Position numbers and translations under genes: made by a program
DNA from: Bigelowiella natans CCMP2755
Lineage: Eukaryota > Protista > Cercozoa
Assembly: GCA_000320545.1 (NCBI GenBank)
Contig: ADNK01002827.1
Location: 20,659-84,658 of the forward strand
Reading direction: 5' to 3'
Length of the DNA: 64,000 nucleotides
Shown here: positions 14,501 to 27,975 of the stretch, one piece after another
How the letters are laid out: each line of letters opens with the position of its first letter
How positions within the stretch are numbered: the first letter of the stretch is position 1
The notes under the pieces: model-generated
Told to the model about the DNA's origin: nothing
What the model saw: the letters and a program-made list of their open reading frames with translations, nothing else
Database searches by the model: none

Positions 14501-16553
14501 ATGATGAAAAGGATAGTAGACCAATAGATGATAAGGAAGAAGATAATGATGAGGGGGGCGGGGTCTTCCAAGTAGAAAGGAAGATTGGTGAAAGAAACCA
14601 GAAACGGGGAGGAAATCCCCGACAAAATAATAGAAAGAAAAGGAAGATAACTAAGAATGTGCGGAAGGAGAGAGAGGAGAAGGAAGATATGAAAGGCAAG
14701 AAACTGGAGGTAGATCTATCCACAGTTGCTTTCATCACACTCATTGTCTTAATAACAACCCAAATTGATTTCATAGACGACGATTTGTCGATCTGCTGAG
14801 CCTTTTCACATCCATTTAGCGATAATATGTACTCCCCCCCCCCCTCTCTCTCTTTCTGATACCCCTGTGAATAGGAGACAAAGAAGGGAACATCTGCAGC
14901 TCACAAGAATGATAAAGGAAATGAAGATGGTGAAGGTAAGGCCGATGATGTTTCGACGAAGATAAAAAGGAAGCAGCAGCAGGAGGAGGAGGAGGATTCC
15001 AATACGACAGTTACTACTTCTACTTCTTCTTCTTCTCCACCTCCAAATAGAGGTGTAGCAGCAGCAGATACTCTGGAACGAATGACAGTAGCACAGCTAC
15101 GAGTCAGGCTCAAAGCAGCCGGTCTAAGGGCATCAGGACGCAAGGTGGGGTGGTGGGCGGTGGTGGTAGTAGTAGTATTGAAGTAGTACCATTTATGATT
15201 TCCTTTGATATACGATAACATAGCACCTCAGGCTATTCCTCAGTATTTATTGAAGGAAAGAGAAGAAGCTGTACATGTATTGATGCCGATGTATATGTTT
15301 TACACAGAAAGAATTAATAAAGCGCTTGAAGGAACATTTAGCGGAGGAGGAGGAAGAAGAAGCAGTAGCGGCAGCGATGCAAGCGGAAGAAGATGCACAG
15401 GAGGAGGAGGGGGAGGAGGACCTTCCGAAGTGGTAAATAAATCTTAAACACAGTCTTTTTACCTACTTACACACGTAACAATGATAACAATAAATGCGCC
15501 AGCTTGCTTTACTCGACGACGACAAGATGACTTACAATCAGCAAAATGATTCACAATACAAAGATGTTTTAATTTTCCTTCACTAAGATGCTTCTCCAGT
15601 CGCAGCCTATTTTTTTGATAATATGCTGCTGCCCTCTCATCAATGGCGCTCACATATATCGACAATGGGGATCTTGTATTTTTATATTGAAAATGGAGAT
15701 AAGTATTTCATATTAATCATTCCACATCTGCTACAACTACTACGCACCATATAAAGGTATTGGAAATCAGATCTAGAGTTGGATGATAACAACAGCAGCG
15801 CGTGGACACCGTATCCTAAAGAGGTGACGTCTCTCACAGCTTCCTCAGTTGGTTATGATGAGCGATATGATTATGATGATGATGATAATGATTACAACGA
15901 ATGCAAGGAAGGTTGATAGTAATCATCGTAAGTCAATTATAATGGTGAGTGGATTTCTCTTGCGGAGTTATTCTTTAGGCTTTCGGTTCTTCTCGAAACA
16001 GTAATTTGTGGCAAAATGATATAGAAGTGATCGTTATTATCATGATAATATGTTTGCTATCGTATGGGCATGAATCATTAAATCAGGATTGCAAGAAGAT
16101 TGAGCAGAAGTATCAAGAAGGCAAAGTTAGATTCAGGTGTAGAAAATAATACATGTTTGGGTTTGTGTGTGTGTTTTGATACTACTGGATTCCAACAAGA
16201 ATAATTGTGCCGAAATCCTTTCTGTCTCATGCTTACCAAAAGGATGAAATAGATGCATTTTCTGTAATATTATAGGATAAATAGGCGATACTCTATTGAC
16301 ATTGCAGAGGGCATTCAGCATCAAACGGTAATGATGAATTCTATGTTCCCTTACCATACAACTCTGATGTTATCGCATCGGTGCCAGAGGGTTATTCCTA
16401 CGTTCCGAGTTGTGTACAAATATAATTTGTGGGCAATGGCTGTCAGCTAATCTTATCATCTCATTCCCATTTTAGAGAAATAAATCGAGACAGAGGCCTA
16501 TTAAGAGAGAGCCTCCTATTCCGATCTGCGACAGCAGCGACTCAAGCAGCTAG
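9483..16553 (+). CDS. Multi-exon FHA-domain scaffold with T-x-x-F/Y repeats, SAP domain and C-terminal WWE domain (MDC1-like)
   Basis: ATG at 9483 (MGDYQATVPL). FHA: HTIGKDSR..DITINNKSVSNKHAILEV..HFITDLGSLNGTRV. SAP: LERMTVAQLRVRLKAAGLRASGRK|TELIKRLKEHL-like. WWE: YWKSDLELDDNNSSAWTPYPKE|DCKKIEQKYQEGKVRF|RINRRYSIDIAEGIQHQT|RNKSRQRPIKRE. TAG at 16551-16553. Confidence 0.78.
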
Positions 16554-17546
16554 AACGATTACCGCACCGTGACGAAGGTAGAACGCAGGGCAACGTTCAA
16601 ATTGATGAAAAGAATTATTTTAAAAAATTGAGAAGAGTAGGAAGAGATAGGGGAAATATAACCAGCGATGAGTGGGATGTAATGGCGGCATGTTGTTATC
16701 GAAATCCTAGCACAGATTTGTGTTCTTGATTCGAACGATTGCTGCTCCTTGAACGCTCCATTGTGTAGCAGCAGAGCGATGTCATGCATTGCCACGCACT
16801 CATTACCTCCGCGAAGTTTTCGCTAGGTGTAGTCTAGTTGTTGCTCGACTTCACCAAAATATTACACGCTTGCATAGCATGCAGCTCATAATTGCGTCGT
16901 GCGTTGTTGCATGGACTAGCATCTAGATGCGAGCATGGAAGCGCACGAAATATTAAAAAACAGTTGACAACTACACGGACTCGTTAAATACAGTCCATCA
17001 TGCTTAATGCTGTGTGTACACAGATCTATAGATATCTAGATATGCATGTGTCTATCTTACTACCGCGGGACACCTATACATAGACAAGCAGTGCGATACT
17101 AGAGTACTCTAGTACTGCGCTGCTGGCGACGCGCATATGTATACGAACCTCAACATGCTGTCACATAAACGCGCCTCGCCTTGCTTGTCTAATTGTGTCC
17201 GTTGTATAGTAACTTCGGTAAAACACTGCTTAGTTAACTATATAAAATTTTACATAGCTAGATAGCACACCGTAGCAGTCTTTTCTGATTGTTGAGTCGA
17301 TATTGAAGCGAACGAAAAAACCGATTCGATTAGGAATTTAGTATAAGCTTATCTTGATTGCAATTTATTTAAACTTGATAAGAATCTAGCATGCTCTTTA
17401 TTTGAAATTTTGAAATAGGTATTGTGAATTTCAAACGAGCAGCTCTTACAAAGCGTAGCTAACGCAAATCAAGCTATCATATCTGTTTGAATGCTGAGTT
17501 TAATTCCCTGACTGTTGAGTTAGTTCGGCTGCCTCAAAGACAATAA

Positions 17547-18159
17547 TTAACCCGATATGGAGAGTGTCCATCGGCCTTTCGCACGGCGCCTTTCAATGAT
17601 TTTACGTCCATTTCTAGTACGCATCCTGGAAAGGTAGCCATGTTTTCTCTTCCGCCGCAGGACATTCGGCTGGTACGTGCGCTTTATAAGCTGGAGCCCA
17701 TCCTCATTCATTTGATCTGTCGGAAAGAATGAAAACATTAGTCCCAACCAAAATTTCAGATTGTTTAGAGAAAGATGGCAAATCAAACTAGGCGGATGAT
17801 GAACCTTCAATCTCGCTGGTAGGGAGCTCGATTTCACTGGTTTCCTCAGCAGGTATTATGTTCAAGGAATTTATTTGCTTGATATCAAAACTATGGACAA
17901 ATGTTTCATTCGCTTGGGTGTTCAACACGGAGCTTTCTTCCCACTTGCCATCCAATGAGAGGTGGGGGGGTTGAAGAAAGCTGCGAGAACTGTGTGAAAT
18001 TTGGGAGAGAAGCAGAGCCGATTGGGAGGCCACCGACGATTCTTTGGATAACGGTCCGATAATAGAGGGGTTTAAGTTAGGGATAGGAACTGCTTCGCTG
18101 AATGTCGGCCCAGCGTGGGTGCTGAACTTACGGAGTAGGCGCAGGCCGCGGGCGGCCAT
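17547..18159 (-). CDS. MRPL34: Mitochondrial ribosomal protein L34 (bL34m) with N-terminal presequence; two exons
   Basis: C-terminal [43 protein letters not shown] is the L34 signature. Exon 1 starts [14 protein letters not shown] (presequence-like). One GT-AG intron at about 17717-17803. Confidence 0.93.
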
Positions 18160-18765
18160 TTCTACGATCTATGCTTCGCGATTCAATTTGCAGAAATAGT
18201 TTGAAATCATTGTCGCAATGTCAAAACAACCACTATTAGTTTCCAAAATACTGTCCGCACGCTCCAACCCCCCACGTTGAAGGACCAATGCTCGGGAACA
18301 ACTAATCTCTTCTTTAGACTTTTTTTAACCCTGAGTTATACTAAATATTCCAAAAGCAACATATTGGTATTGAAATGTATTGAAATACACCCCTACGACA
18401 ATGAATTTCATGTATTTTAGAGCAGTTTCGCCCTAGAGGAACAGATAATCCCGGAAGCAACGACAGGCATGCACCATCGCTTTCCCCCATGCAAGCGATC
18501 AAAACATTGAGAGCCATTACCAGTCTCTTCGTGCTCATCCACACCCTAAGCTTAACACCAAGGGGTAAGTATAGCTATGTGGTGCGTGAGAATAAAGCAT
18601 GAAATGCGTTTGGCCTTTGTGTTGCGACAAAGACTTACGTCGTCGGAGTTCGTGTGCACGGGTCCTCCGTAGGCTAAGGGGAGGAGAGTCTCATGAGCTT
18701 GGCGTTGAGACGCACGCTTCGGACTTAAAGGTAAACGAGCACTGTGCATGGTTATGAGGAAACTC

Positions 18766-21250
18766 ATGGCACCACGTTGCTGTTTTTGCTCGAGTTACCG
18801 CTCCTCCGACAATAATATGTACTAAGTTATATCACTGACTCTTGCAGGAGAAACGACGTGTTCAGACCTCTGTGGAAATTGAAGGTAATGTCTACGTTAG
18901 TTATGTTGTGCTCCAGATAACTACATCCTCTCCTCGTCCACCCCCCCCCCCCCCCCCCTCCTTATCCTTCTCCTCGTCTCTGGTTCTACTCCTCCACGCA
19001 TTTTGATATAGGATTCGGCAAGATCCCACGTGATTTCAAGCCACTAGGTATTATCGTCATCATGATTACCATCATTATCATCATTATTATCACCATCATC
19101 GTAAGAACTGATACTCCATCTGTTTGCTGCTTGTGACCGTATGAAATAGTGTCTATCGTATCAATCAACGCACATACGAGGATAGATGTTGTAAGCATGA
19201 CTGTCGCAACAAGCCGCGAATACGACTCCCCTCCTCCACTAATTTGCCCCTTCCATTAGAGATTATTCATAATGCGGAGACACTACAGAAGCCAGGCCAT
19301 AACCAATTGAAAACGGCACTTAACGAAAGCACAACAAGCTTGTTATCGAATTCGACAGAGGGTCATAACTCTGAAGTCGCAAATATAACTAAAGCTCCTT
19401 TGAGCCTTCCTCCCCTCACGAAGGATGAGCATTACCAATCACGAATGGAGGAGATTGGTAATGCTCTTGATGAGGGAATACGTAAAGCTGACGAAGAACG
19501 CCTTAAACAAAAGAGCAGGACAGGAGGAAATGAAAGTAAGTTTTGTTACAGAGGCTGACGTCAAGTAGAAGGCATATTATTTTTTCAATATTCGAAAGAC
19601 GTTGCCAATAAAGACAACACCAATGTTCTGTCATATCGTAGCGATAAACATGCAAGCGCAAACCGTTGTGATTTAGCATGTTACACTAGATTGTATCTTC
19701 TCTTCATCTGAATGTCATCTTATCACATTATGGCCCCACTGCGTCTTGTTATTCATATTGTATTTTTATTTTTTTTAATTGTTTTAAAAATGACAAGATG
19801 GCAGGAGCACGAAGATGGGCTTAGAAGTAGAGGTGCGCGAAGGAAAAAAACAGAATATTGAAATCTAACATACATTTATCATTACGAAACACACTCCTCC
19901 AGCACAAGAAGTGCTTGTTAGCAAACAACTTAGTCGATATTATTAGTGCTGTTGATACTTCGGTCAGTATATTTTTGTTTCTAATTTATTATTCAAGTGT
20001 AAAGGCAGCTAAGATCACAATCGTTGATAATCCAGGAACAGCCATTCGAATATGACGACGATATGGAGGGGAAAGATATGGATAGTCATTTTTCTCATCT
20101 TTCTCCCCCCTCCCCCAAAGCAAAGAAGATCTTGGTGCGCAGACTGGAAGGTGATGGACCTTGCGATTATTTTACATGCCACCCCCTTCTTTATCAACTC
20201 GGTCTTAAAAAACACTTCGATGATGAAATATGATAAAACGATAATGACAAGAAGGTGCGACGTGCAGAGTGTATAGTCCCATACAGATAGTATACAGCAC
20301 TATTGTGCGATTACCCTGTCAGTGTGCGAAGTAATGTGTCATCGCCACTTTGTGGTTATTTTCATGTAGTATCATTGCTAATAATATGTACATGCACGCA
20401 TCATCAGCTGTGCCTCTGGACAACGATAGGGTGCCAAAATCACAGGTAGTAATATTGACGATGCGGATCCGTTAAAACTACGAACAAGTGTCTGAATTTT
20501 CCACACTTCTAACACACGCGCGCTAACTATTTGTGTGCGCACAAAAGTGTGATGAATAGTTTCTCCCTCATATTATTAGTACGATTATCCGATATGGGAG
20601 CTTCAAGATGTGGAAGGTCTTAGCGTAGGATGCACGGCGTGCTTGTTTGCATGTATGCGTCTCTTCGAACACATTATGGCCAGTCAATCGATGAGAGGCC
20701 AATACTCTTGTGATGTTACAATAGAGCTTCATGCAATCTATGGCTGGCATCTTCTATTTCTATTTTGTTGTCTTCGAAATCATTTGAAGTCACTCCCTAT
20801 TCCTTCCTCTCTTTCTCCTCCTTTGTGTCCCCATGATCCTTCCCTGTCCACTTCCTTTCCTTATCTACGTATGTCTTTGTTTATCTGCGCTTGTCAGAGC
20901 CGAAGTACATTGATCGAAAGCAGGATCTTACAGCACAAGAACAAGTAAGCAGTAGCAGCAGTAGTAGTATTTATAGTAGTTGTATTGATACCGACGAGGA
21001 GCTACAGACCGTGCTTGTTACCAGACATACATAAATGTGTTTGTGGAGTAATTAACTCGCTCATCGTGAATGACGTAGTTGTGTATGTGCTGCTTGTGGT
21101 GTGATAGATGATGTACGATTTCGACGGTATTGGGCTCGATTCAGATGTGATAGGTTTGGAGACTGCAGTATATATCTCTTCCCCTTTCTAGTATATGTAT
21201 AGAGGACGAGGCAGTTGTTTCGAAAGACACTTTGTGATGACTGCAGTTAA

Positions 21251-21288
<38 letters not shown>

Positions 21289-21711
21289 ACACACACATCT
21301 ATATGAACATTGAAAGATGGAAAGAGGGAGAGGGTAATGCATTCATGTACTATTACTTGACTATCATCATCCTCATCAACACATTGCTGTTAATAATACT
21401 GCTAATAATAGCCGGAGATCCACCTGCGACGCGCGAGGAAGGGTCATACACTTCAGCACCACTTGAACATCGTCATCAACATAACTGCTACTTGTAAAAA
21501 TCTGATGTCGTGATCGTATATCACACGTTCTCTCTCACGAATCGCCATCTTACTGTATTTTTCAACTTCGAAATGCCGCAAACAGCTACTACAACGACTA
21601 CGCAATGGATAACTCCGATATTAGAGAGGTGGTGCTCGGCTTTGTTTTTTTTTATACTTTTCCTGACCTTCCTCTGCAGGAGATATGTAGAAAATATATA
21701 TCGTAAGTATT

Positions 21712-21743
<32 letters not shown>

Positions 21744-23250
21744 CACGCATGCATGAGATACGTGTGTAGAGATAGAAATAGGGATCATACCTACCTTCTC
21801 CGTGCTGTCTTCAATATACCATGTCAGGAGGAAATAAGGAGGGAGGAGGAAGATAATATAATGGCTGAAATTGGGTGATGGAAAGACAATATGTTATTAT
21901 TTCTCTTACTTCATACCATTCATGTAATGTGATACAGATACGAGCGCGTAAATTTTACGGAAGAGGATTTCAGGAGCCTCTCCCATTCTCGTCTTCCCAG
22001 TGATAACAGGCGAAATCTCCATGGGGGGGGAGAGGAAGAGGACACTCTGCTAAAAATCAACGCAACTTATGTGCACGGAAATGAGAAAGATTGCGAAAAT
22101 ACAAACAGCAATTGCGAGGGAAGTGACGGCGCCAATGCCGTACGAATTGATTCACAAGATTACAAGGGCCACAGGAATGACCATTCGAGCTATATTCTAG
22201 GGGAAAATGTCTTTGAATATGATCCAGGAGATGTGAGATGGGTATTACTTCACGTGTCGTTGTGACTGCTTTGTTTCAAGATTCGCTATTTTGTTAAACA
22301 GTAGATTGACAATGAAATGAGTCTCCTGATACATGCTAATTTTCCATCCTTATAGTTACCGCTTAACCCCGAGAATGAAACAGCTAACAGCATCCTTCGA
22401 GAGCAGAATCTGAACTTAATCGGTGATGATGATATGGACGATGACGAGGGACCTCAATATCAATGGAAACGGCAGGGAGGGTTGCGTATAGACGATGATC
22501 AGTCGGAAGAAGAAGAAGGGGGGGGAAATGCTCCTGTAACCTCCAAAATGCACTGTCTCCGAACGTAAGTTGTGATAGCATAATAATATGTTAATTTATA
22601 CAGTGGTATGGCCGGAGGACTGAATGATATTGTTTACCGTGTTTTTAGACATGCCCATCTTCCGTGAGGAAATGTGCACCCCAATTGTAGGCTTTGAAAC
22701 GGCCTTTGGGAATCACATCTCACCCACATTATTGATATTAATTTCTGGTAATCATTTGATGAAAATTATTCCTCGCTTTTCCAGAATTGACCGCGAAACG
22801 TCTGCGGAGTCGTGGAGTGAGGATTCTATCCAGTCTAAGCTGTCGCTAGTAGAGGAAAGACTAGCGCAAGAAGAACGCAATAGACTGGGGAAAATGCGCT
22901 TGAAGTCTCACTCTCGCCCCACCAAATTGGAGAAAGAAAAGGGGAATGCCGCAACTCCCAGCCGTAGCAATATCGGCGATGAGCAACATAGCAGTCTAAG
23001 AAAGCAAGAGAATAATAATAACGAGATACATTCTATGGTGGAAAGTCTCACATTAAAGTCACATGACGATGGCGATAATACTGACCCCAGAAGACGTCAC
23101 TCTCTGAATGTAAACAGTTTTTTGTGTTTTCGTCATGCGGAAAAATCAATTTCTTGAGAGCATTGAGTTTTCCTCGTAAATATCTTTGTTCAATTTGTTC
23201 ATCGATATCGATAATTCATACAGAAAATCATATTTCAACCCCGTCCATAA
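18766..23250 (+). CDS. Hypothetical multi-exon protein, low complexity, Cys-rich N-terminus
   Basis: Plus-strand exon-like ORFs bounded by AG/GT (19244-19558, 20024-20233, 22071-22265, 22785-23109) and a terminal exon KIIFQPRP* ending at 23250. No family recognised; start uncertain. Confidence 0.45.
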
Positions 23251-24299
23251 TTATCGAAATCTAAAAAATATTTCAATATTTTCCTACGGTTGATATTATT
23301 TCGAGTAAACTATTCGTGCTGTTATTTTGACGTCATTTCATCTATAATGAACCAAGTACCCAAACTCTTACCTAAAACTATGGAATGTTTGCCCCAATAA
23401 TGGAGACGAGAGCTGTTTCAAAAAATACTTCATTTTCGATATTTTGTCTTGATTTTTCACTTACGATGCAGGTAATCATAGGGGGGGAGGAGGAGCTTTT
23501 GTAGTTGCGCCTCGATTGAAGCATTGAAGCTTTGGGCGAAGCACCTACATGACAAAACACAAACTGACACAGTAGATCATGATTCCATGCCTAGATGCCT
23601 AGATGTTTCTCAGTCCATCAGTGGAATTTTGGTGACAACATCGCGTCTGTGAGTTTAGAAGTAGCGAGCGCGCGGGACTAACTTGATGATCATCTAGATC
23701 ATCCTGCAGCCAGAAATCTCAGCTAGCGGCACTACACTAGATCTCGCATGCTAGCTAGCATGATCTATCAAGCTAGCTAAATGATGTCCGAACTAGCGAA
23801 GTCTAGAAGTGCCAAGGCAAAATGGCGGAAGGAGCTTGCTAGCTTGCGCTAACTATCTAGATGTTCTTCCCTGTCGCTAGCTTGTGCGCCTTCGCAAGCA
23901 TTTGACAGCTACACGTAATGCTCAGGCATTAGATTCGCTTCTCTAGATGCTTACTAACATGAAGACTACTGGTGTCTAGGTGCAATGCGCCTCATTGATT
24001 CCGTGCAAATGTACGCGTTGCATTGCATTGGAAAGCTGCAAAATTGCATGACAAATTGCGACTAACAACTTTAGAATTGGCTAGCTGGCATGTTGTAATA
24101 TCGTTTTGTAGATGTAACTGTAGCTTAAAAAGTGGCCATGGAGCATCATTAAAATCGTGCAAGTTAGTCAAAGGTCTTCGTCAATATCTTCGGATGCATG
24201 TGACATAGAGGCAGTAACCTCATGAGTGGAAATATGTTCGTCTTCTGATGGAACCTCTCATAAATAAATACAGACTTTTTCTGCTGGGAAATAAGAACC

Positions 24300-26880
24300 A
24301 TGGAGACCCATCACTGTTACTTGCCATCAAAATCGTCTTGCAAATTTACTCTGCTGGATACCAGTATAACAATTTAATAAGAATTAGCTGATAGAAGTTG
24401 AAATTTTGTCACCTTAGAGGCCTACGACGATCGCTGTGTTAGGCTAAGGGAGTGTGGCTGATTGGAAAAATCCGGTGCTTTCTCCAAAATAATGTTCAGG
24501 AGTCTGCAAATATTTAATTCATATTGATTCGGATCGAAATCAATATCTTATTTTAATATAATATAGCAAGGCTTGATCAGATAAACTGCGAGATGTTGTA
24601 AATGGAAGTATATTTTTTAATTAAAGGTTGACTTTTGTGTTCTACATATGCTTACGGTTACCTTTGGAGGAACCTTAGGGACCAAAATGTCTTCACCTGA
24701 TGAAGAAATGGAAATAATTTGTATGGTTTAGAAAAGGAAATTACAATAAATTGAACATAGATCTAATATATTACCGTCTCTTGTCTTTCCATGAATGTAG
24801 TATTTGATAGAGCATGAGTGCATGAAGTAAAAAAGTAGGGGTATCAAAGATGAAAATTGAATAGTAAAGAGTTTCTAGCACCTCAATGGAAACCCATCCC
24901 TTGATTGGTTTGTTTATACGAGCTCTGTTTCTGACAATCTCTATGACTGTCACCTATATGGGCATAGGATCTCTATCAAGAGAAGCTACTAGTTTTGCAC
25001 ATATAATTACTTGTGTCCCAAATGGAATACATTCAATCTGCTTGGTTTCAAAGCTTCTTCCTTCCCTAACTGCAGCACCATCATCGTGAACTACTACATG
25101 AAGTCCCTGAAACAACAACTCGTCAACCACCAACATTATAGATTCACTACGTAATGCAGTACAAGAACTGGCCCTAGCTCAACATCGAGCTTGTTTAGAG
25201 TAAGTTTTCCGTCTACAACTTTGTCGTTTACTTTTTCAAATTCTTGACTAAGCAGCAAATAAGTTTATCTTCTTGTTCTTGTTGAGATCATTGTGTTGAT
25301 ATACTAAACCTCAATTCCACGTAACGACTAGAAAGATCTGTGAAGAGTTTCTTCTGAAATATCCGTAATATAATGAAAATTCAGTTTGATCGGAGTATTA
25401 TATGGCCTAACCTGGCTGCCTAAAGTCTTAAGAACAATTTGTCTCGTCTCTCCGGGATACCTGTGCAATTTCGACGTCAGGCATTACTTCGTGATGTTGT
25501 ATAGCTTACGAGGCAAGAAGCTTAGTGAGGTCCTTGTCCAATTCCGCGCTATGTGATCCAGGGCATAAGTTAAGTCAAACTTTGATTGAAGAAACGGATT
25601 AAACCTGTGCTTTTCAAATGTATCCTTACAAGCTTCGACCTGTCTGTCTATGATCAAGAACAAACTAAAACACTTAAATAATTTCACCTTTTTTTCGTTC
25701 CTCTCAAGTTTCTTTGTGAAAGTCAATTTTTCGACCTATAAGGTTATCCGATATTTAAGGTTCTCTTGCACGCGACGATTATGGCGTTGACCTGGCCATT
25801 TTTCAAGTGGATTTTGTGAGTCTCCTTCAGTTTCCGAACTTTTCCAAGATAGTAGCTGAAAAATCTTAATTAACTAACACATGTTCGATAATAAATTGAG
25901 ATATTACGAATAGTCTTCTCTCATTTTCTGACGATCCTTAAGCTTATTTTCTATTTCCTTGGCTTTTTGTGCTCGCTTATCCAGAGGAGCTCGTACTTCT
26001 ACATGTAATGATTTCCATATGACCTCTGAGTGAACGAATGTATTGTGACTACCTTTGCGAAGGCCTTCAACAATCTCCAAAACTATTTCATTATCACGTT
26101 CAAATCATTGTGGCACGAAGGTGTTGAGAAAAATATCAAAACCTTCAAACTTCGAGAAGTCTTCAAGTTTTTTCTATTGAGAAAGCTTTTTTAATGGATA
26201 TAATGAAAATTGAAGATGTGAAATATTTGGTTCGTACTTCCAATACAGATATTTGTTCCATTTTTGGATGGGACGGATTTAGTTTTGCAACTGCAGACTG
26301 CTTGGCTCTGCGAACATGACAAATTAAAACCTAATAATGAATTTATGCAATGAAATTTACGATAAATCGAGAGTAGCTGAAGCTGCGGTGAAGATAGCCT
26401 CCGAGATTTTCTTCATAAAAGCACATATTTATGCAGGATGGCACTGGTAGGTTTGGCTAAGAAATTTTGCTTTGCCTCAAAACATACATCGAATTTCTCG
26501 AGTAGAGCTTCAATTCCTTGCTTATAAATAAAGAACTTCTCCACTCTTCAAAATAATTATTAGACGTGATCAATAAATTTGATCAGAGATAAGGATATTG
26601 ATACAAATTTTAGAGCATGCAATTTGTCGAAAGCATGATTTGTCGAGGATGAAATAGCGGCTCGAGTTGTAATAACTACTTTGCTGCAAAGTTAACGTCA
26701 TCAACTGTCCCGCTATGGTACCTACCCACGGTCTATACCACACAAGTAAGGAATGATCATGACGATAATGTCCGAATGGATCAACCTGTTGGATGACCCT
26801 TTTGCTTCTCTTCAGCATTCCTGACATGTTATCTGTTCTGTTGTTGTCTCCATAATTACCGTAACAAGCCTGTTTTCCAT
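24300..26880 (-). pseudogene. Degenerate AT-rich multi-exon gene with an SH3b-like domain near the C-terminus
   Basis: Probable start MENRLVT at 26880 and short AT-rich introns. Exons at about 25100-24870 give VVVHDDGAAVREGRSFETKQIECIPFGTQ|VTVIEIVRNRARINKPIKGWVS (SH3_3-like). In-frame TGA at 26105-26107 (FVPQ*FERDNE). The 3' end is uncertain. Confidence 0.5.
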
Positions 26881-26899
26881 GTCGCACCCAAAATATTCA

Positions 26900-27975
26900 G
26901 GCCCTTTCCACCGTACAGTGAGATCTTGTGTTGCCATGTGCAGTCCAGGATTGCACCCGAGACTCCACCAGAGGACCAGGTGCAGAGGTGATCACAGAGT
27001 GTCTCGATGAGAAACAACAAACTGCATTTCATTCTCTCTGCCATCAATTAGAGGATCGTTGATGTCACTTTGACACCAAAGCGATTTTTCCAAGTGCAAC
27101 TGGGCAAAGAAAGAGAGCGCACGATGCAGGTGTGCTGGTGTGCCAGCGTGGTTCGTTGGAAGTGCAAAAGAGTCTGTGTCCGATGCTCGTGTGATCGTGT
27201 GCGCACTTTCACTCACAAGCGCGGACAAATGAAAGAGTGAACGTGAGAAAACTGTCCACAAAAAGAAAACATTGTGGTCGGACAACGCACACTCCACCCA
27301 CCTCTGGACCTGGCCACCCAGCACGTCTGGACACGCTGGCATGGCCACCTAGCTAGCTAGCCACTGAAGTGGACGTGTCAAGCTGGCAAGCTGTAACACT
27401 GGAACACTGAGTGAGTTCTGTCAGTGCAGTTCACCACTGGAGCAGTTTCAGTTCTAGGGTTTCGTGCACGCAACAGCAGTGCGTTGTGGAGTTCTGGAGT
27501 TTGCACAATCACACGCACGTGTTTCATGCGTTGTTGCGTTGCTCGCACTGTGGAGTGACATCTTTGTGTAACGTGTTCGTCGATTCACCCAATTTGTGCG
27601 GTTGTGCACATGAAATTGCACCTCTCTGGCTCTGGGCTAGCTGGCCCTTCGTGCGCACGTGCACTTGCCACTGTCTGAGCCAAGCATGGTAGAGCAACGT
27701 TTCAACAGAACAAAGTGTGTTCGAGAACAGCTCATAAGTGTCTAGATGTCTAGATGTGTGCACGAGGCTTCGGCTTGAATCAAACGACATGTGACCTCAA
27801 CTGTTTCATCGTTTGCGAATGCTTTCTGGCGTGACCGCGCGCAGTCTAGTAGTCACGGACAATGACAGCTGACAGGATAAAGAGATCGACCTTGCTTGTG
27901 CAACTGCTGGTCTCGATCCTAGTTCATTTTCGTTCATTTTGAACACAAGATCATTTCAGCTGTGACACGCAACAA
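26900..27975. other. TpA-depleted, CTAG-retaining intergenic block
   Basis: Hand count for 27001-27960: about 7 TA outside CTAG and 9 CTAG. Abrupt return to TA-rich sequence at about 27975. Confidence 0.85.

Noticed and set aside
13728-14774. 348-aa minus-strand ORF
   Set aside because: Antisense shadow of the low-complexity plus-strand exon of the FHA gene.
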